From Hydrurus foetidus (taxonomy: Eukaryota), in assembly GCA_900617105.1 (NCBI GenBank), contig UYFQ01000453.1, forward strand, positions 1 to 57,626: 57,626 nt of DNA, written 5' to 3'. Positions 42,347 through 55,421 of this stretch are shown one piece after another. The notes beneath the pieces were generated by a model, which worked only from the letters and a program-made list of their open reading frames with translations, searched no databases and was not told the DNA's origin. Each line of letters starts with the position of its first letter. Within the stretch, counting starts at the first letter, position 1. Both the position numbers and the translations under genes were made by a program.

Positions 42347-43419
42347 TTCTATCCATCTCTATCCTTCTCACTTAATGCAATTTAATTGATTTGATGTTAT
42401 TTGATTGATGCGATGTAACTGATTTAATTGAGGTGCTTGAGTTGATTAAGTTCAGTCGATTTTCACGGTTTTAGTTGTGAAAGCGGAGTTTTAGAAGGCG
42501 TTAATAGCGATATAGAAAATGTACACAACACCCTTGTGTGCGTTGTATTTTATTATGCAATGCCGCACGGTGCTGTGGATCGTTAGACGGAGAACATCAT
42601 ACGAAACCATCACATATCATACTGCAGTAGATTATGTTACACCATATCATAATTAACTACACCATACCATATCACATCATACTATTTCATAATTTACCAC
42701 GTATCCAAATATCACACCACATCACTTCATATTCTACCGTAAAAATTATCAGCTCGCTTCAGGCGAATATCACAAAGTGTAACCGCGAAAATTCTAAAGT
42801 GTAACACTTTTACAGGCCTAGCTGACTTCTCAAATCTTCTCCCTCTTTTTCCTCTATTAATCTGACTGTTTAGATTTAATTGTTTATGCCACACTAGATT
42901 TGAATCAGTTCGCTTTTACTCATTTATAAAACACACAAAACTAAAATTGAAACTAAAATATGATTGAAAATGTAAATCCATTCTTCGATCATTTTCTTTC
43001 ATTTCCGAAGATAAGAATTGAAGATCACTACGCAATTAAATAGCTGCATTGTCGATTGCGTGAAAGCATTCACCTTGAACAGTTTCGTAAACAGTTGGTC
43101 GAGCAGGAAATACATACAGTGTAGCTTAGAGAGCAAACATAGATATTGCACGAACAGTACGGTACGTTGTCGTCTTTTTAGAAGTTTTTTTAGCCGGCGA
43201 AGTCCCCCCTCCCTTTCCGGCATACCCCCCTGCTCAACTGCTCCAAAAAATGAAAGTTTGAATTCGATGATGTCGATGTATCCGTTTGATCAAAACACGC
43301 GCGATATAAACATAACTGCTCAATGCTGAATGCCTCCAGCAGGTTACTGACATCACGATCTTTCCTAGACAGCTACGACAAAAGGTGAACCCAGTCAAAT
43401 AAATTTGATCAATAAAGCA

Positions 43420-45940
43420 ATGTCAGCAGCTGCCACGGTACCAGTGAAACAGGTGACAGCATCTTTGTAATGAAGTCGATGCCAACTATGACAGATATTG
43501 AATCCTGACTCTAAACCTTCAATATCTGTGATTCAGACAAAGCCAATTGGCATTGCACTCGCGACAAGCTCTGGTGCACAGGAGGTTACCATCGAAATCT
43601 CTAAGGCTTTGACAGCAAAGGGTCTCACGAACATTGTCGTCACTCTCGTTGCGGAGCCTTCCATCCTACCTTTTGTTACAAAGAGCTTATGCGAGACTTG
43701 CCAGGTTGTGATTGCAGTTGCAGTTCTTAATGCTGATTCTGGTGACATGTCACAGTTCCTAACGAAAGCGCTGACGGAGACCGGAACAAAGAGTGGATGC
43801 CCCGTTGTTCCTGGAACAATGTCTCCCTCAAGCCTCCTAGAACTCAAAGCAATGCTCCCCAACTGTGCTACTCAATGGGCAAGTTCCGTGGCTGCTATCA
43901 TCAATCTTCAAAACGGCGCCAAGCCAGTTCCAGTGACAACAATCGTTTCTGCGGAGATTCTTGCTGCCGCTGCTGCTGTTCCGATCCCAGTCACTGAGAA
44001 GGTGGATGACGTTGAGATTCTTCTCCAAGATCTTCGCGAAAGTTTCAAGGTAACATTTTCTACATCTTCGCGTGATTTATGTACTCTTGTAACTCTATTT
44101 ACTCTCTCATCACCGGATGATTTTTATCTTCTCATAGCCGAAATTGTCCGACTAAGTATACTATTGTGGAAATTGTTTGCACTCTTACACTAATTATTTG
44201 CACTCATGAAATCACTGAAAACTGATAGTCTCATGGCGCGAGAGGACTATGCGGAATTGCGAGAAAATTCAAAATCCTCGATGACAACAACAGCAAAAGT
44301 CTGGACATAAAGGAGTTCACAAAGGGCGTCACAGAACACACATTCCACTGGACACCTGCTCAAATAAAACTCGTATTCGACAAATTTGATAGCGGAAAAG
44401 ACGGTCAGATTTCGTATGACGAGTTTGTTGTGGCGATCCGTGGACCGATGAATCACAGAAGACAACAAATGTGCCTTTTGGCTTTCGAGGTAATATTTGG
44501 AGCTGTATTTTTATTTACGTACATTATTAGAGCATATTTTATGTTCACCGTTTTATTTTCAATCGCTATTTGCATTTAATTTGATTTTGTTTTATTTTTA
44601 TTTTACTTTTCCAGCATTCTTTTTGATCAGGCTATACACCTACTATTCTCCACTACTTCTATCTCTGCCTCTTCTCCCCTCTTCTCTTCTATCAACCTCT
44701 CCCCTACGTTACATCTCAAACGATCTCTATTTGAACACCTCCTTTTCTATTCTGTTATTAGACTTTCTAATCTCATCTCATCTACTTCTCTTTTATAAAC
44801 CGATCCGCTATTTCTTATATTCTCCTCTCTCTCCTCTTTTCTCCTCTCCTCACAGATTCTCGACAAGGACAAATCAGGCATTGTGGAAGTAAACGACCTT
44901 GCCTCTTGCTACGATGTTACTAAACACCCTGACGTCATCGCACACAGAAGAGCACCCGCCGATATCCTCAGGTACGTACATATTTAAGTATTTCATTTCA
45001 CAGGACTTCGATGGTGTTTGAAATTTCCTACCCTCTTGTTATTGGAGCATATATTTTTGTGAGATAGATTTTATATGCAATATTGTTCTGTAAGTGATAG
45101 AGAATGAAATTTGATTACGTGATGGTAACGTACCAAACACATCTGTACCGCATGTAACCTCGACTACTCTTCTGTCTCATAAATATTAAATATCCGGTAA
45201 CTTTTACGGCAGAATCATTCAACACTTCATACAATTAAAGGCACAATATACCATAGTCAGCAAATCTGAACTCTTCTAAAGTCTTCTCACTGTTCCGTAC
45301 TAACAGAGAGTTCCTCGACACCTTCGATGTCGGAGGAATTCCAGATGGAAAAGTAACCCCTGCAGAATTTCTCAACTACTACAACAACGTCTCTTCTTCC
45401 ATCGATGATGACGACTACTTTGAACTCATGATGAGGAACGCGTGGCACATTTCCGGAGGGGAGGGGTGGTGTGCCAATTCATCTTGTTTAAGGGTCCTGT
45501 GCAAACATGCAGACGGACATGACTCTGTCGAAGAGATTAAGGTAACACAAAAATGAAACACACGTGCAGGCACGAAGATGAAAACAGACTGATAGATACA
45601 GACACATTCTTCCTTTTCACTGTATCTCTCTCTCTCACACACACACACACACAGACAAAGTAACGCACGTATCAAATGCACACCACGCAACACATATACC
45701 TAAATATAAACATTTCTATCTCTAACGTTGCATCAGAACGATCTCGGCATGAAGAAAGGCGACAAAGAAGCGATGATGGCAAACCTCAAGGCACAAGGCA
45801 TCCTCACAGTGGTGTCCATCTCCACCAACGGAGCTGTCGAAGAGAAAACAACACCGGCTACTGCTGAAGGTCCTAAGGGAGAATCATCCCCCAGGGGCAG
45901 ACGCCAGCAAGGGGGGCAGACCACCCTTATCCTAGGGTAA
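43420..45940 (+). CDS. Fusion: degenerate lumazine-synthase-like domain + calcyphosin-like EF-hand module + Jupiter/HN1-like C-terminal motif, 6 exons
   Basis: Exons 43420-43452, 43537-44049, 44229-44489, 44856-44971, 45307-45541, 45737-45940 join in phase via GT-AG. Calcyphosin motifs: GARGLCGIARKFKILDDNNSKSLD, DEFVVAIRGPMN, KHPDV, EFLDTFD, EFLNYYNNVSSSIDDDDYFELMMRNAW. Exon 2 follows the RibH residue pattern. Confidence 0.85.
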
Positions 45941-46807
45941 ACCGGGCCGGGCCGGTTGGGTACATGATTCCAGATTATGACCCAGGAATCGATGCGAGTG
46001 AATTACTTTATTTATCTTCTATACAACACACGACACCAGTACATCACACATGTGCGCATTCCTCATTACCACACTTCCACACAACAATTACAACACGTAC
46101 GTACACAGACACACACACAGTGAGACACGTTCTAGGAGAAGTGTCAGTTACGCACTTGACTTAAATGGCTTAAATAATGCGAGTTAATTGACGCAAAAAA
46201 TAAGAACAGATAAACGGGAAAGAAAGTAACATTACACTGTATCCACGAGAGCACAACACTGCTCTGGTTGTTGAAATTATTGAAATACGAAAAGGAATCA
46301 CGCCTAGTCTTATCTTCTTCACATTATTGAGTTGTATGATGCACTTTACGTTACGGTGCAAGTATCATCCATTGAACCTTTTTATCCACTTCTTAATAGT
46401 ACAAGGAAGTACCGTTGAACTTTTGATCATTTAATTGCAATCAAATTTTTCGAATATCAATTGTTTTTTTCATTTTCGGCCAAGTGGAAAAGAAAGACAC
46501 ATCCCCCTAAATATAATAAAAAATGGAAATTAAATCCTTTGTGCTAAAAAGGAGCTATTTGGGATCTTGAAAAAAAAAGGAAATTCTAATATCCAAATAT
46601 TTTGCCATTATACCGCAACCCTCAATTCTTAGATCTCCAATTTTTACGCGGTATTTTACACCCTAACCCCTCCCCTCCCCAGAGTTGAAGCATGAGAATG
46701 GGAATTGCCTAGACCCTTACCCGGACATCAATGTCTAATCCTGAGTTCTGAGTGTAGACTAATATCCGGATGATATCGCTTAAAAGCGTTGACATCTGTA
46801 GATAAAT

Positions 46808-46865
46808 ATTCAATTCAAATCAAATCAAATCAAATCAATCAATTTAATTCAATTCAATTCAATTC
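46808..46865 (+). repeat. (AAATC/AATTC)n pentanucleotide microsatellite
   Basis: Directly visible. Confidence 0.9.
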
Positions 46866-47091
46866 GCTGCTCACCTTCTTCGCATCATCTGTCGCGCGAG
46901 CAGTCAGTCTCACTTAAAAGATGGGAAGAATCTCTGTCGTAATTTGGGATGCTCGAAGAAGCGCTGAGAAGAATCAGTGACAGTAATTGTCGGAATTGGC
47001 CGTGTAACCAAATCTGTTTCACCCGTTGAGCTCTTCGCTTTTACGGCCAATTCCGACCTTTGACTTGAATGTACGTGATGGGAGAATGTCA

Positions 47092-48371
47092 AGAGGTATG
47101 GAAAGAACGTTGACGCAAGCATGATCACCGCTGTAGCAGCCATTTTCAAGCTTGAGGTGTCCCCAGACTTGGCCAATAGGGTTCACCTTCCACTGCGCAT
47201 GGGAGGCTTCGGCCTCACTCGTCACCACGGAATGGCCTCAGAGAAGAACCAGATCCTCAGTAGAACTTTCTACACAGCTTTCCTTGCCCAACACTACCCC
47301 AGCGAACTCCAGACCACACAACAACTTTACGAATTGTCTGAGGTCCGCCTGGGTGCAGTGGAGAACAAGACGGAAGCTACTGAGATCACCGATCTAGTGA
47401 TGGCCACAATCACAGACAAGAACTGCTATCAGATACTAGCAGATGGAATGAAGAAGGCTCAGAAGCAAACCTACAAAGACATCCACATCGCGGCCATTTC
47501 CGCTGGGTTGTTCTCCAAGGCTGCTTGGATTCTTAGTGCTGCCACATCGACCACGGCTTACCTCACGTCCACCATTGGCATAGACAATGACGGATACTTC
47601 GGGGCTGCAGAGTTTCGCTGCGCAGGGAGAAACACATTAGGGTATGGTCCCAGGACTACTGCCCCAGGAGAGAGACACACTTGCACTTGCCGTCATGTAT
47701 ACGACCCGCTTATGGAGCCTTTCCACGGCATGAGTTGCGCCAACAACAAGGGCTTTCGGAACAGGCGCCACAATGACCTCAGAGACCTCCTGTACAAGCT
47801 GATCAAGAGAAGGTACCCAGCCCTGACACCTGCCCAACTTGAACTGGAGACTGTAGTCGGGCAAGCGCCGGATCGTGAGGGTGCACTACGCGAAGTGAAA
47901 GGGGATGTCATTTGGTGGTCAGAAGGGGAGAAGCTAATCATTGACATTATGTGCATTGATGTGGGTTGCAAGAGTTACTTAGAGCCACCGGTAAGCTCAT
48001 ACCAGTCGGCAGAGAGGGCTGCAGTACACGCGGAGGAGGTCAAGAGAAGGAACTACGCCAGAGTCACCATCCCTGCCCCGATACGCCCCGCCTGTGTATT
48101 GCCCTTCATTGTGGAAGCCTCGGGTCGCCTTGGTCCAGTCGCACTCAGTGTGATCAACAGGATCTGCGGTACACAAACCTACATGAAGTCCACATTCCTC
48201 AAAGAAATCTCTATGATCACGGCCAAGTACACAGGATTAATGCTCAAAGCAACTCAGGACCAGTAGTTTCTTGACTTACTTATTAGTTATATATAGACAA
48301 ATATAATAAGGTTTTACCGTTTATAAAACATGGTGTAATCTAAAAAATAACAGAGGTATGGAAAGAACGTT
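47092..48371 (+). mobile_element. 5'-truncated non-LTR retrotransposon, RLE type (CRE-like), 1240 bp plus 20-bp TSD
   Basis: Exact direct repeat agaggtatggaaagaacgtt at 47092-47111 and 48352-48371. Uninterrupted frame 47112-48266 with LPLRMGGFGL, CTC...HGMSC, RHNDLRD, GD...IIDI...KRRNY, PFIVEASGRLG. Short A-rich 3' end. Confidence 0.93.
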
Positions 48372-48434
48372 CTCTAGTCGTGTCAGAGTTGTACAGAGCA
48401 GAACAGTCTGATGTTCAACAAGCGTTGTCTCACA

Positions 48435-48559
48435 TATTACCAGGACAGAATAAAATGTCCAAAACAAAGAATGAAAACAGGTTTGAGCGCTGTTGAAATC
48501 ACCATTTCCACCTCGGATTCGTTCATATTTACTGGACATTTTATTCTGTCCTGGTAATA
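48435..48559 (+). mobile_element. MITE, 125 bp including TA ends, perfect 27-bp terminal inverted repeats
   Basis: tattaccaggacagaataaaatgtcca ... tggacattttattctgtcctggtaata. Second copy at about 19296-19412. Confidence 0.9.
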
Positions 48560-49649
48560 GTTGATTATTCCTTATTAGAAAAGGATGCTCTCATGAGAAG
48601 TTAGTCATCCTGGAAATCAAATCCTTTCAGAATTGTGTAATGGAAAATTTAATCGTATTAACAATGTGTCATATTCATCCTAACGGATACATAGGTGATA
48701 TTCCTAAGGATGAATCGGAAGGATTAGAACATTCCGCGGAACGTTCCTCGGAAAATGAGAACTTCGCTAGGAAAACGTGCGTTGATACAGAGGATATCTA
48801 TTAAGTTTTCCGAGATATTTCAAAACTATGACTGATGTACTGGATAAGAAATTGTCGTGTTCTGAAGAATCAAGAATGTTCCTTTAATGAATTGAAATTG
48901 AATATCGCATGAAAAGCGATCCCTATGAGTGTTTTGAAAGAAGTCGTCTTCATCTTATTAATGAATCTACTAGTAATTCCCCTCACTTCAGAATTCTGAA
49001 TATAGAGCCATGAATTTGATACTAACTCATCAGCATTTTGTTTAAGTCTAAGAAGTTCAGTATTGGATACATGATTTTTTATGTAATTTCAAATTATGTT
49101 CTCGCGAAGAATTCTTATACGTGCATTTTCGTGAGAAAAGATATACTTATTTTATGATGAAAACGGTGCATTAGATATTAATGTTATTTCTGCAATAAAT
49201 TTTTCGCGGGCTATTCAAACTAGAACGATTCTAATTTAATGTGACTTAACAAATTTTCACCGCACAAGACGCAATACCTAACTGTCACAATAGTATTGCC
49301 TTTCTTCTTTATAGCGCATGTCCCTGCAAAACAAAACTAAAAATCAACTCAGTCAAAATTAAGCTTTTGTAAAAATGACCGAACAATACGGAAAGTCACT
49401 TTTCAAATGGTATAAAGCTCCATGATTCAGTACTGCATTACATAGTATCAAGGGAACGATGATTTTCTATCGAACGATTTATCAACTCTTCAGAATTATC
49501 ATCAACAACAGATGTTGGACACCATCTTTTACAAGTAAAGTTGCGTGATTGTGTAAGCATCAAGCATCGATAACTCGTAGTTGTGTCTTGATTGTCAGCG
49601 CTCCGTAAAAATTTGCTACAGGCATACAATCCACTAACAACTATCAAAT

Positions 49650-52600
49650 ATGAGCGGACTTATTGAGACAAAGAGAGATTACACAGCAGACGTTGCGGTA
49701 AGATCATTCCGTCGAATTCGCTTCTAAGAGTCCGCGACGTCCTCTTCGTGAAATGCCTGTCTGTTAGAATTGATCGGATCCTGTTGGTCCTGAGCCCTTC
49801 GACATGTGCAAAGTTTTCGTTCTATTCTATAAGTGATTAGTGAATTTATCCACGGTGTTAATTATTCCCTCCGAAGGTCATCATTCCCGAGTCGATCGCT
49901 CTTGCGAATGAGAGAGGTCTCGATGAAGCTATTCTTTTACTGCTGGGGCTAGAGAAGAAATGTCGCGTCAACAACGACTTCTCAAATCTTAAGGAAGTTT
50001 GCTTGCACATGATTAGACTTTGCCGCTCGAAGGCAGACTGGCCAAAGCTCAACTCAACCCTCGCAGTCATCAACAAAAGGTTGGCAAACTTACAGTCAAT
50101 TGAAGTCATCAGAACGGTATTTCGAATTCCAAATTATTGGAGATATATATCACTCAGCTCATGTAGACAGCACTTTGTTAAGATCTCTCAAACACTCCGA
50201 GTTGTGATTAACAAGTTCCTTGTGGATTACTGGAAACAATTGAATGCATGTGTAACTTTCGTTAAACGATTTGTTGGTGTCAGAAAAGAAAAGTTACAAG
50301 TGATGCTGACGAGAACTCTTTAGTCTTTTGATTTTTAACATGATGCGACTCTCATTCTTGTTCTTTCAACGTTGCCTTTAAAGCATTCAGCAAGCACAAG
50401 AATTAATGTGATGAACATAAATGCTTTCCTAACATGAATATTCGAACAACAACTGAAAAGCATCTCATCAAATACAATACTACCTTCACTGTTACTCTAC
50501 CTCCACTACAGACGATCGCAGAGCAAGTTAGCCATATCTGCTATCGTGGCCGAGGCAATGAAGTACATTGATGAGACACCAACCCTCGAGGTAACTTATC
50601 TCATTTTCAACTGACAAAACTCTTCAGTGTTATCTTATTCCAAACGCACAAATTCTTATTTTCAACCGTCAACATCCTTCCAAATTATTTAATAGCTGTG
50701 TCTTTCTTGACCCCTCTGTTTCATTTTCTACCTGTAATTGCCTCTTCGAAGAGCTTCTTTCATTCTTTTCTATGACGCCTGATGTTTATTTGTTTTCATA
50801 TTCTGGCAAGTTATGATGAACATCTGATGTACTAGACATTTTACTTTATCGATAAAGTGTTAGCATGGTTATCTGACCAGCATCCAATCTCATTGTATTC
50901 AAATGCCTTGTCGTCTGTAATCGAATAGCAGCACAACATACTTTACAACACAACACACAGCCTCTTTCTAAAACTTCTGGAATGTCATCACTCTTTAATC
51001 ATGAGTGCAACTCATTAATTTACAAAATTTCACCTTCTTTCTCCCAAAATCTCCATTTCAGGCTAAAATAGACCTAATTAAAGCACTGAAGGATATTTGC
51101 GAAGGGAAGATGTATGTCGAAGGAGAGAGCGCTCAATTGCATTTGACTTTATCCAAGATCATGGAAGAGGGTAAGATGATGTGACACTGCGAAAATGCGT
51201 GTGTCGAGTGATGATGAAAATAGTAGAGCAACTTCAAAGTTAGTATTTTATTGATTACATTCTTCGAATCACAATTTTAGTCACATCACTCACCAATCCT
51301 TTCCTATACCCCTTCCCTTCCCCCCTCTCCTTCTCCCTCCCTCTCTCTCTCCCTTCTCATCCTTCTCTCACCCACCCACTCCCCCCTCCTCTCTCCCCCT
51401 CTCCCATTCAGCTGGAGACATAACCGGTGCATGTGATATGATTCAAGACGTGCACGTGGAGACATATGGCTCATTAAGTAAGAAAGAAAAAGCGGAGTAT
51501 ATCTTGCAGCAAATTAGATTAAATCTCTTGAAGAAAGATTACGTCCGAGCTCTCATTCAGTCAAGGTAATTACAACTTTTTATCCTATTCTTTTGTATAG
51601 CTCCTTCCGTAGTATTTATACAAACTATTTTTTTTGTCTTAATCTTAATTTACTATGCTCTGTGAATAAGAACACTATCAGTTCTTAAATCTTAATTTAC
51701 TCTGCACTGCTGTACATTAAGGTACTCATGAGGATTTAGAAAAATGGCCCAAAGCATCACCATTATTCTTATTCCTTTATTGTATTTACATCTTACGTAA
51801 TCCTTTTTATTCATTCATTCTATTCTATCTATTCTATCTCATTTTACAATATCTCTTTTCTTCTCCTCTCATATTTATTTGTTTCTTAGGAAAATGAATC
51901 GAAAGGTTTTAGATGAAGAAGGTTTTGAAGACATTAAAGTGCGGTATTACAGGTATGAAAAATAGCTTACAACGAACCGAAAACGGATGTGGAGATAAAC
52001 CTTGCATGTATCAGAACACACCTTCAGCTTTTTCCGTCACTAATGATATCATTGTATACTTAACAAATGAATTGTTTCAACTGTGTAGAATGATGATTGA
52101 ATATCATACAGTGGAGAAAGAGACGTGGGATATCTGTCAGAGCTACTACAAGGTGGAATGTGAAACGATTTAACATCATGCTGTTGTGTGTAAGTGGTAC
52201 AATTTGATGTAAATAATGTTTGTGTACGTTTACAGCATGAACCATTTTACATCATTTAAGTGTTCCTTTTCTATAACAAGCATTATACGATTATGTATAG
52301 TTGTACATGAACGTAATACGCGCACACTCACCCCATTTCACCTACTCTCCCTCCCTTCCTTTCCTCCCTCCTCAATTCCGGTTTCTCCTTTCCTCTCTAC
52401 CTCCCTCCCTTCTTTTCCCTCCCCTGATCCGCAAGCTCTCATTCTTAACTTCAACTTGAACTTCAACAACAGATCTACGACACGTGCACCACTCGTGAAG
52501 ATCCAGTGGCGTTACAAGATGCTTTCGAAAGTGCCGTCATCTTCTTGCTGCTCAGCAAATTCGACAACCACCAGGTCAGCAGTTGTGATATGCAGGACAA

Positions 52601-54484
52601 TGACAGACACCGTTTTTTTATTTAAGGAAACCAGACTCCCCAGATGAGTGTTCAAACTTTGAGATTTTCCTAGCCCTGCGCTTTGTTCCGGTATTCTCCT
52701 GCCTCCATTCTCTTTTCTTTCCCTTTTGTCACTCTATCCCCCACACATCTCTCTGAACATCACAGTCACGTCCATCTCTCCAACTCCTCTCTTCTCCACC
52801 CCACAACCACACCCACCTCCCAATATCTACCCCCCTCGCTAACTCATCCCTCCCCATTTAATTCCTCGTTTTCTTTTCTTCTCCTTCAGAGCGACATGTC
52901 CCACCGACTGAAGTTGCTCCTCGCGACAGAGGCTGAAACAGCTCTGCTCCTTCCCTTCACCCTCAGCCCCGTCTACCTCCTCTCCCTCACACTATTCACC
53001 ACCAAGGTTCGTTAACTTTAGGCTTTCATCAGGCTTAAGTCACCATTGAATTAGGCATCCATATCTATCTGCAAAATTAGGCTAAAATGTATGCAAAATT
53101 AGGCTAAAATGTATGCAAAATTAGGCTAAAATGTATACAAAATTAGAATATAATATGGGTGTCATTAGACTTAGATATGGTTGTTGAGATGAGACTATGT
53201 ACAACGCGTGGATGTACGATTCATTGTTACGCACTCCTCTCTCATCACTTCACCTACTGCTACACACTCACCTCCTCTCTCCTATTCATTTTATTCTTCC
53301 CATAGGAAATTATCCCCTGTCCTTTCCTTGGTCAGAAGGAACTGGAAGCGCACCCATGCCTTGCGAGGTACGTACGTCCACCCTTGTACTTTCGCTGCCT
53401 GTGCTGCTGTGTAGAATACTGAATACTTTTAGTGACAACTACCATCTAAGAAAAACGATTTTGCATACTTAGCATTACCTACGGTTGACACGGTTACAGA
53501 TACAGCTTCGACTTTGAAAGATGTGCAGACTATCTTCTGATCATTATTTTGTATCGTTGGTAGTGCTACATTCGGTAATAGTATGACAGTCCTACCTTTA
53601 ATTCAAACTGCCATCTACCGTCCCCTTCTTCCAATTCACCATCGCACATCACACATACACAAACACGTAGTAACCATACTCACACAGACGTACTTACATT
53701 TGCACTTTGTATGTACGTACTTACAGACACTCCGTGATGGATCTAGGATCAAATTCCAGCCATGACGACACACACCAGGTACTACACATTTTTTTAAAGC
53801 AATTACCCCACTCATTTCGTTCTTATTTTTATATTGTGTTGTAGCGATTGTTCCTGTTGCATTGTGATAACATCGATTGTATTCTTTTTGTACGTAACTC
53901 ACTTCGCCATTCCTTTTGAAGCACAAAAAGATAAATTCTTCATCTTATATTCAACCAATTGTAATCTCACACATGTCCTTGAAGTGAGTCTTGACTTTTC
54001 TTTTCAAAATTTCCTTTGCTCCCTCCATAACAACAGTTTTTCGTTTCTATTTAATTTTATTTTTCCTATTCTTTTTCTTCTTTTTTAGCTCCCAGTCGGT
54101 GTGTCTTATTGGTTGAAAGAGATGAACGTACGAATCGTACAGCACAATCTACGCGTAGTATCCCAGTACTACCAACGCATACGCACTAGTCGCCTCGCTG
54201 CCATGATCGGTCTATCAACTGACGATCTAGAAGACAATCTTTCCAGAATGTCAGAACACTCCGAAGAACATTCTACAGAACGTTCCGCGTCAGGAACAGG
54301 ATCCTTAGGAATTGGAAAATTTTATGTGAAAATTGATCGACCAGCTGGTGTGATAAATTTCAAATGTACTCGCGAGCCCGATGCAGTGTTGAGCGACTGG
54401 GCGGCTGATGTCGGTAAAATGTTGTCCCTCATGGAGAACACGTGCCATTTAATAAGCAGAGAAATTATGGTGCATAAAGTATGA
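49650..54484 (+). CDS. PSMD12: 26S proteasome regulatory subunit RPN5, about 12 exons
   Basis: LLGLEKKCR, KRRSQSKLAI, EGKMYVEGE, QDVHVETYGSL, EYILQQIRL, DYVRALIQSRKMN, FDNHQSDM, RIVQHNLRVVSQYYQRI, KIDRPAGVINF, CHLISREIMVH. Confidence 0.96.
53070..53146 (+). repeat. 22-bp tandem repeat, about 3.5 copies, in an RPN5 intron
   Basis: (tgcaaaattaggctaaaatgta)n directly visible. Confidence 0.92.
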
Positions 54485-55421
54485 ATTTCATCCTTTTTAG
54501 TACGCCAATATTGCTGAGAGCTATAGTGGAGTTGCGTCACTTTTGTCATCGTATTTATCGCCCTTCATGACATTGATGATCATGCTGGAGTGGTGCTATT
54601 GTCTTAACGAACACGCATTGACGTAAGACTTAATATTACATGAAATGACATAATATTATATCAAATGAGATGGTATGACATGATATGACATACTGTGATA
54701 TGGCAAAATAGCGACGAAATGAACCATCTACGTGAGGGAATAAACATCGACAAGGGTGTTTAGTTTGGGCGAATATATTGTTGCAAATCAATGTCGTTGT
54801 AAATGACGTAACAAAGTAACAAAACTCTTCAGCTGAAATTGAAGTAGGCGATAAAGATATTCGAATTTCATGAGTCGTCTTACAATAAATAAAAAGAATA
54901 CAACATGTTTCGTTCAATTCAATTTACGAACGTAAGTATGTACGTACGTGGTGTCAGTGAGACGTGTCAATCTGACACAGACGGCTACTTCGGAGACTTC
55001 TATACTGCAGAGTATGCATTCGCAGAGCAGCAGATCAATTCGAATCGCAATGAGGAACGTGTGGAGTCCATTAATAATGAAATAATCACTGCTGTGAACT
55101 GCACATCTCAACAAGCAACAAACAGTCCCATTTTTACTTCTCATGAACAGCAATATCACCTTCAGTCTACGGTGCTTCACGGCAGAATCTATCCGGTACT
55201 AGTGCCAAAATTCAAAAAATTTCGAATTTGGATTCAATTGATGAAGCTCTCATCTGTAGCGAGAACTTTTTGAACTTGCTCAGTTGGAATCGTTTGGCAG
55301 TGTTCCAGAATTGCAACAGCGACAACATCGCCTTTTGGTTGCATCTACCCCTTCCGGAAGGACCGCGACTCTAAAATCGAATTTAGCTCAAGAACTGTAG
55401 AATTGTCATTCTTCTGATATC

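Noticed and set aside
46808..46865. Pentanucleotide microsatellite as the retrotransposon target
   Set aside because: The TSD places the insertion about 230 bp away.
54905..55273. 122-aa ORF between RPN5 and POLE
   Set aside because: No recognisable domain; cannot be supported without expression data.
55350..55361. 12-bp palindrome ccttccggaagg upstream of POLE
   Set aside because: Single instance, within chance expectation for 57 kb.
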